64,000 nucleotides of DNA from Eledone cirrhosa (lineage: Eukaryota): the NCBI GenBank assembly GCA_964016885.1, contig OZ024752.1, positions 24,118,001 to 24,182,000 on the forward strand, written 5' to 3'. Both the position numbers and the translations under genes were made by a program. Below, piece after piece: positions 57,417 to 64,000 of this stretch (positions within the stretch are counted from its first letter, which is position 1; each line of letters starts with the position of its first letter). The notes below the pieces were generated by a model that worked only from the letters and a program-made list of their open reading frames with translations, had not been told where the DNA came from and made no database searches.

Positions 57417-57606
57417 TGTAGTTGTCTGTGCGTGTGTGTCATTTTTGCAAAGTCTATACAAATCCATATTTCTACTCCGATTGACTTCAAACTTGCATTT
57501 ATATATTCCTTGCGGTCTAAAGATATTAACTGAACCTTTTATTTTTTCAATTTTATGTTGTTAAAGGGGTGTTAGGCGCTGGCTATCGATCTCCTTCAAG
57601 CCCTTA

Positions 57607-57762
57607 TAATTGTTTCTACTTTTGGCACAAGGCCAGAAATTATCTCCAGTACATTACTGGTACTTTATTTTATCGACCCCGTAAGGATGAAAGAGGCAAA
57701 GTTAACCTCAGCGGGATTTGAAATCAGAATGGCAAGGGCCGTAACTCTATACGTCAAAGCAT
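57607..57762 (-). mobile_element. tRNA-derived SINE
   Basis: rc of the 28821 family; a further fragment at ~58448-58505 (+). Confidence 0.82.
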
Positions 57763-57912
57763 GTGTATACGTTCGTATGTGTGCGGGTATATGTGTCGCG
57801 CCGGTTTACCTCCGTGTGCGCGTGTTTATGTGTACGTGCATGTATATGCATGCATGGTCTGTGTTTTCGCGTATGCACATGTATAAATGTGTGTATGTAT
57901 ATATTTAATTAT

Positions 57913-59385
57913 TACTAGCAGAGGTACCCGGCGTTGCTCGGGAATTAAATAGCAGTTATGTATACATTTATGTCAATACTTCAGTGCTGCTTCTAAAACT
58001 ATACTTTTACAAAATCATCGGCTTTTTCCAAAAGGGGGTTCCTGCCCCCAGGGGTCCCCTACTCAATATATGCCAATTCTGAGAGTTCACATTCATCTGT
58101 AGAACAAACGTAGCCCATGTGTCAAGTTTTGTGAAAATCGGTTGCGAACTCCAGAAGTTATGACGTTTTGTTGCATTGCGCCTGCAGTGCTTCATTCGAC
58201 TCCAAGGAAGTGGTTAAAGGGGGTTATCTGCCGGGAGGCCCTATAATCAATATCTGGAAAAATGAAAGTGCCCATGACCATCCGGAGTACATAAGTAACC
58301 TATGTATTAAGTTTGGTGAAAATACATAAGGTTTACGCACGCACGCGTGCGTGTGTGTATTTGAGTGTGCGTATGTATATGTATGTGTAAGTCTGTCGGT
58401 GCATATGTATGTACTGGCCTAAATCTTCACTATTTACTTTTACTATTTAAGGCAAAGTTAAAATCTGGGTAATTGCTGGCCTTGTGACAAAAGTAGAAAC
58501 AACTATTTTAAGAACCTCTGTCATTTTCGTTTACAATTTTATTTACATCATTCTTAAACTCCGGGGCTGGAAATCATTCGGTTATTTTAAATAGAATATT
58601 AGTCTACGACTCCATTTATACCATAAACTTGGTCTCGTCTTTGCATGAAATTGTTCTTCTCGGTCCACATAACGACGTATTATCCTCGCTTGTTCATTAC
58701 CAGGGAACGTCTTCACGAACTAAAATATCGTCTTCGGTTGCAACGTTTCTCGAAATATTTAATTCTGCGTTCACAGATTAAATTTTTTAGTTTAAGAAGA
58801 TCCCGTTAATGTTGAAAGCAGCGATTCTTTGCTTAAACTTTCTTTCTCAACCCATCTCCCTTTTTTCTCATACCCCCTCTCTCTCTTCCTCTACAGAATG
58901 GAGAACAATAAAGAACGCGCAGATCTCTCTCTCTCTCTGTCTTTATATATATATGTGTGTGTTTGTGTGTGTGTGAACCAGCGTTCGTCGCCATTCTCTC
59001 TCCGATTATCTTGTACCTCTCTGTATAACGACCTATCTCACTCTTTCTCTCTACATCTCCCTTTCTCTCTTTAGATGTATAAATATGTGTGTGTGTGTGA
59101 TATATATAGAGAGAGTTGCAACACGTATGTAGTTTCATAGATTTTTTATGGTAGTAGTGAGAGGAATGAAGCGTGTAAGAGAGAGGGTTAGAGCATGTAT
59201 TTAATTTTATCGATTTTTTTCATAGAAGCAGGAAAGTTTTGGCAAAGTTTATTACGCGTTGACCATCCTTGGTAAATTTGGAGCACATTGGAAAAAAAAT
59301 CATCAAAATCGGTAGAGAACTGTAGAAATGCATAAAAATCATACACACACACAGACAGACATCTTCTGTTTTATGTATATAGAGA
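57913..59385 (+). mobile_element. Helentron/DINE-1-like non-autonomous element(s)
   Basis: TACTAGC..ACCCGGCGTTGCTCGGG start, AAAATCGGT motifs, CACACAGACAGAC..TTTATGTATATAGA end (pattern recall). Confidence 0.5.
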
Positions 59386-59750
59386 TTACTTTTGTGATTT
59401 TAATAACCTCTGTCATTTTCGTTCAACTAATTTATTCACATTATTCTGAACTCCAAAGCCGAGAGTCATTCAGTTTCCTAAATAGTATATTAGTCTACGA
59501 CTCCGTTTATACCATAAACGTGGTTTTGTCTTTACGTGTAATTGTTGTCAACGATCCACATAATGACGTATTATCTTCGCTTTTTTCCGTTCATTGCCAG
59601 GAAATGTCTTCACGAATCAAAGTATCGTATTCCTGTTTTCCTTCAGTTGCAGTTTTTCGAAATATTTACTTCTGCGTTCATAGATTTATTTTTTTTTAGT
59701 TTCAGAAGATCCTGTTAAGAGTGAAAGCAGCGATTCTTTGCTTAAACTTT
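58515..59750 (+). repeat. Diverged direct duplication (~58515-58840 and ~59405-59750)
   Basis: Shared ACCTCTGTCATTTTCGTT...AAAGCAGCGATTCTTTGCTTAAACTTT. Confidence 0.8.
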
Positions 59751-59826
59751 AATCTGTTATTTTAATATATATATATACATATATAAATATATATATACAT
59801 ATATAAATATATATACATATATAAAT

Positions 59827-62800
59827 CATCATCATCATCATCATCATCACCGTTTTACGTCCGTTCTTCCACGATAGCATGGGTTAGACGGGTTGTCCTG
59901 TTGTGGGCAGTGTCTGGTCGGCTGACCATGCCTTGCTCATACAGGAACTGATCTGGCTTGATTTCTACAGCTGGATGCCCTTCCTAACACCAACCTCATT
60001 TACAGTGAGTGCTGGGTGCTTTTTCGTGGCGCCTACACGTCCACTTTACAGTGTGGGCTGGGTGCTTTTTTGCCGTGGCACCTCCACGACCACCTTGCGG
60101 TGGGGGGGGGGGGGGCATATTGTTTATATGCTTCAGCATGTACCCATGGGAGGTCGGGTACCCTGTATTACTGCGTGACGCCAGAAGTCACGGTCGTGTG
60201 TCATTGACTTTACTTTGAGAGGTGTAGTTGGGTAAGGTCGGCTTTTATCACCTCATCCCAAGTCATCTTGGGTCTCCCCACTCCGCGGTTTCCATCAACT
60301 TCTAGTGCTCTGCACCTTTTTATGCAGCTGTCATCCTTCATACGCATCACATGTCCATACCAGCGTAACCGCCTCTCCTGCACGCAGCATTTGATTCCTC
60401 TTATGCTCAGTCTCTCTCTCAATTCATTTATGCTTTGTCGTTCACGTATATTACTGTTACACATCCATCGGAGCATGCAGGCTTCGTTTCTCTCTAATCT
60501 ACGTAAGTCTTCCACCTTCAGCGCCCAGGTCTCACTACCATGCAACATCGCTGTTCGGATACACGCATCATACAGTCTGCCTTTCATTCTGAGGGAGAAG
60601 CCTTTTGCAGCTAGCAGTGGTAGTAGTTCCCTAAACTTCTTCCATCCCGTTCTTACCCTAGTTATTGTACTTTCTGAGCACCCACCTCCGTTGCTAATTC
60701 GGTCACCTAGGTAGCAGAAGCTGTCTACTGTTTCTACAGGGCCCTCCCAGAGATTGGTGGTACTTGTTTCCTGTGGCTGTTTGCTTGCTGTTTCAGCACA
60801 GCTGCTGCATGTGAATCCTACATTCTTAATTAAGCTTCCTGAGATCCCGCTACATCTCTTGTGTACCCATTGTTTGCATTTGGGGCAAAGAATGGAGTTC
60901 CTACCTACACCTTTCCTACATACTGAGCAAGGCCATTTCCCTGAGGGGATCTGGGTTCTGTTTTCTCGTCTACTTATAAGGACCTTAGTCTTTGTCATGT
61001 TGACTTTGAGGCCCTTTCTCTCTAGTCCCTGCTTCCAGGTTTGGAATTTATTCTCTAGTTCTACCATAGATTCAGCTATGAGTGCGAGGTCATCAGCATA
61101 CAGGAGTTCCCATGGGCATCCGGTCTTAAACTCCTCCGTTATTGCCTGCAGGACTATGATGAACAGGAGAGGGCTAAGAACAGAGCCCTGGTGGACCCCA
61201 ACCTGTACGCTAAATTCCTCGCTATACTCATTGCCAATCCTAACTTTGCTGACTGCTCCCCTATACATGGCTTGTACCGCTTTCACAAGCCATTCATCTA
61301 CTCCTAGTTTTCTAAGAGCCCACCAGATTACTGCACGTGGAACTCTGTCAAAGGCTTTCTCAAGGTCGACAAATGCCAAGTAGAGTGGCTTACTTTTAGC
61401 TAGGTACTTTTCCTGTAATTGCCTCACAAGGAAGAGCGCATCAGTGGTGCCTTTCCCTGGTACAAACCCAAATTGCATCTCGTCTATATTCACCCGGTCC
61501 CTAATCAGCTGTGCTATAACTCTTTCTGTTACTTTCATGACCTGGTCCATCAACTTTATACCTCTATAGTTTCCTCTATCTAGTGCATCGCCTTTACCTT
61601 TGTAGCAGTTGACAATGATGCTACTGCACCAATCTTTTGGTATGGCCCCCTCTAGTATTACCTGGTTAACGATACGTGTGGTTATAGTGTGACCTACAGA
61701 CCCAGATGCCTTCAGCATCTCGGCAGCTATACCCGATGGACCGGTTGCCTTCCCTATCTTCATATCTCTGAGTGCCTTACTTACTACGCTGCCGCTGACT
61801 TGTACTGCTGGTCCCTCTATAGGGTCTACGTGGGGTAGGGTCTCTTCTTCCCATGCATTCTCCTCATTTAGTAATCTATCATAATGACTCTTCCATGCAT
61901 CTTTCTTCTCAGCACTTGTGAGGGCAAGCTCACCTTTATCATTCCGGATACACTTCTCTCCAATGACATCACAACTATCTCTGACACACTGCCTCGCAAT
62001 CTTGAATACCTCCTGTTTCTGGTCCTCACGTTGTAAAACATGCTTGAATTTTCTATCCTCTGCTTCCCTCCTAGCTAAGTATACTTGTCGCCTAGCTTCC
62101 CTCTTGGTCTCTATGTAATGTACCCTGCTCCCCCCGTTCTTCCATTCTTTCCATGCCTGTCTCTTGGCCTTGACTGCTTCATCTACCTTATTGTTCCACC
62201 ACCAAGTCACTCTCCTCCTGCTTGAGGTCTTACTCCAGCCACAAACCTCATCCGTCGCCTCTAGTAAGTTATTTTTTAGGAACTCCCAGTTCTCTTCTAC
62301 GTTAAATGTCTCTATCTGTTCTTCTTTACTGTCGTAGGCGTTGAGTAAAATATCTTTAAATCTGTTACTGGTTGAGGGGACTTTCAGCTTCCAGATCTTT
62401 CTTCTCCAGGTTGGCCTCTGTTTCAGGGCTCGTCTAGTTCTGACCGTGAGGTCGCTGACAACTAAGCTATGTTGGGATGTACATTCCTCACTAGGGAAGG
62501 CTTTTGTGTTTACGACCGTCCATCTGTCACGTCCTCTGATGAGGATAAAATCTAACTGACTAGAGTGCTCCCCTGATCTATAGGTGATCAGGTGGTTGTC
62601 GGGTTTTTTAAAGTTTGTGTTACATATCGACATGTCATTGGCGTCGCAGAATTCTAGAAGTCTGAATCCTTCCTCATTCCTTGTGCTAACTCCATGGCCT
62701 CCATGTACTCTATTGAAGCCGTCGCAGTGTTTACCTACGTGTCCGTTAAAATCTCCTGCAATGATTAGGAAGTCCTTGTCGTCTGTTAGAGCAGTAGTGT

Positions 62801-63267
62801 GTATTAGGGACTCGTAAAACCTATCCTTAAGTTCGTCTGGCAGCCCCGATTGGGGTGCGTAAGCTGATATTATTGTGGTAATTGTCTTATTCAGGACTAG
62901 TCTGAGTTTAATGATTCTTGCATTTACCCTGTACACTGAGATTACTTTATCTACCCACTTGTCAGCTAATAGTATACCTACACCACCCATCCCATCGTCA
63001 TTTCCCACCCAGAAAAATTTGTAGCACTGGCTTTTTCCTACAAGGACTCTAGCAGACCCTCCTCTCCATCTAGTCTCTTGCACACAGCATACATCAACTT
63101 CCTTTCGCTCTAGCATTTCTACGATTTCTCCTGCTCTTCCTTTCATTGAGCCTACATTGATGGTACCAACTCGGAGTTTTGGGCATTTGTCGACACTCGT
63201 AGGGGAGGGTCTCTGGGTTGGCGCTTCACGTGGGTGCTTGGTAGCTCGCAGATTCATATTTCAGATT
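59827..63267 (-). mobile_element. Near full-length RTE-clade LINE
   Basis: Single APE-RT ORF, 3' UTR, (TGA)n tail; identical AT-rich flanks 59801-59826 and 63271-63296 may be the TSD. Confidence 0.95.
60210..63257 (-). CDS. AP endonuclease - reverse transcriptase with embedded PHD-like finger
   Basis: GTINV, VQETRW, SAYAPQ, GDFNGH, LDFI; QFGF, FVDLEKAFD, GVHQGSVLSPLLF, YADD; C4HC3 motif. Confidence 0.95.
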   Translation of the reverse strand: MNLRATKHPREAPTQRPSPTSVDKCPKLRVGTINVGSMKGRAGEIVEMLERKEVDVCCVQETRWRGGSARVLVGKSQCYKFFWVGNDDGMGGVGILLADKWVDKVISVYRVNARIIKLRLVLNKTITTIISAYAPQSGLPDELKDRFYESLIHTTALTDDKDFLIIAGDFNGHVGKHCDGFNRVHGGHGVSTRNEEGFRLLEFCDANDMSICNTNFKKPDNHLITYRSGEHSSQLDFILIRGRDRWTVVNTKAFPSEECTSQHSLVVSDLTVRTRRALKQRPTWRRKIWKLKVPSTSNRFKDILLNAYDSKEEQIETFNVEENWEFLKNNLLEATDEVCGWSKTSSRRRVTWWWNNKVDEAVKAKRQAWKEWKNGGSRVHYIETKREARRQVYLARREAEDRKFKHVLQREDQKQEVFKIARQCVRDSCDVIGEKCIRNDKGELALTSAEKKDAWKSHYDRLLNEENAWEEETLPHVDPIEGPAVQVSGSVVSKALRDMKIGKATGPSGIAAEMLKASGSVGHTITTRIVNQVILEGAIPKDWCSSIIVNCYKGKGDALDRGNYRGIKLMDQVMKVTERVIAQLIRDRVNIDEMQFGFVPGKGTTDALFLVRQLQEKYLAKSKPLYLAFVDLEKAFDRVPRAVIWWALRKLGVDEWLVKAVQAMYRGAVSKVRIGNEYSEEFSVQVGVHQGSVLSPLLFIIVLQAITEEFKTGCPWELLYADDLALIAESMVELENKFQTWKQGLERKGLKVNMTKTKVLISRRENRTQIPSGKWPCSVCRKGVGRNSILCPKCKQWVHKRCSGISGSLIKNVGFTCSSCAETASKQPQETSTTNLWEGPVETVDSFCYLGDRISNGGGCSESTITRVRTGWKKFRELLPLLAAKGFSLRMKGRLYDACIRTAMLHGSETWALKVEDLRRLERNEACMLRWMCNSNIRERQSINELRERLSIRGIKCCVQERRLRWYGHVMRMKDDSCIKRCRALEVDGNRGVGRPKMTWDEVIKADLTQLHLSK

Positions 63268-63347
63268 CATATATAAATATATATACATATATAAATATAT
63301 ATCGACATATATAAATATATATTTTGTGGCTTTCCACAAAATACATA

Positions 63348-63960
63348 TAGTTAGCACCCCAAACACTTAAATTGGGTTATACTAACATATAACCTAATGT
63401 TTGTTGAGGGAGATGGTTACCAGTCGGAGTTTAGCGTTAAGCTATCTCTGTTATTGTATTAAATATGTTACTCTTGATTTGGCCAGAGGTACTTATTTCC
63501 AGGTACCTTATAAACATGACTTTCTGTATTTGTTACTGTTGTGAGATATGGAGGTTTTTTGGTTGTCACTTCTCTGTTTTTAGCCTAAGAAAAAATATAT
63601 ATATGCGTGTGTAAATAATTACATGCATACATTTATTTTTTAAATTAATTGATTTCTTAACGCGTGGAATTGATAATAGTTTTAAATAACTAATTAACCC
63701 GCGTGTATTAAATATTTTACTCTTAATTTGGCCAGAGATTTACATTCCCAATCGCCTTTAAAGCGTAACCTTCAGTATTTGCTGCGGTGATGTGATGCGG
63801 TTTGTTATTTTGGTATCACCTCTGTTTTTAGCCTAAGAAAATATCTATATGCGTGTGTAATTAATACACGCATACATTTATTTTTTTAATTTCAATTGAG
63901 TTCTTAACACGTTGGATTGATAATGTTTTTGAAAAAACTAATTAACCCGAGTGTATATTA
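63348..63960 (+). repeat. Unclassified repeat with a ~250-bp tandem duplication
   Basis: 63348-63465 matches 29312-29428; ~63455-63700 resembles ~63705-63960. Confidence 0.7.
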
Positions 63961-64000
63961 TTTTTTTATTTTCTTGTGTATCGTGGTTGTCTCCCTTTCC

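Overview
AT-rich eukaryotic (animal) genomic DNA made almost entirely of nested transposable elements separated by (TA)n/(CA)n microsatellites. I found no host gene. The tRNA-derived SINE family and RTE LINE resemble those of Octopus/cephalopods (inference). Contents: one full-length Ty3/Gypsy-type LTR retrotransposon (3167-7370) with a -1 frameshift pseudoknot; one near-intact RTE LINE (59827-63267) whose ORF carries a PHD-like finger, plus a truncated copy; about 13 Penelope-like element (PLE) copies or fragments (RT + C-terminal GIY-YIG) from at least three divergent lineages; several SINEs; and Helentron- and pogo-like remnants. The main signal is non-coding. By eye I count about 36 type-I hammerhead ribozyme (HHR) motifs on both strands, mostly at PLE termini. 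They include family-level non-canonical cores (U3-A8, C4, C13/G13), inverted HHR pairs, and two tandem arrays of a ~420-bp non-coding unit with one HHR per unit (a retrozyme-like, possibly circRNA-producing element). All structures were read manually. None has been folded computationally or tested.
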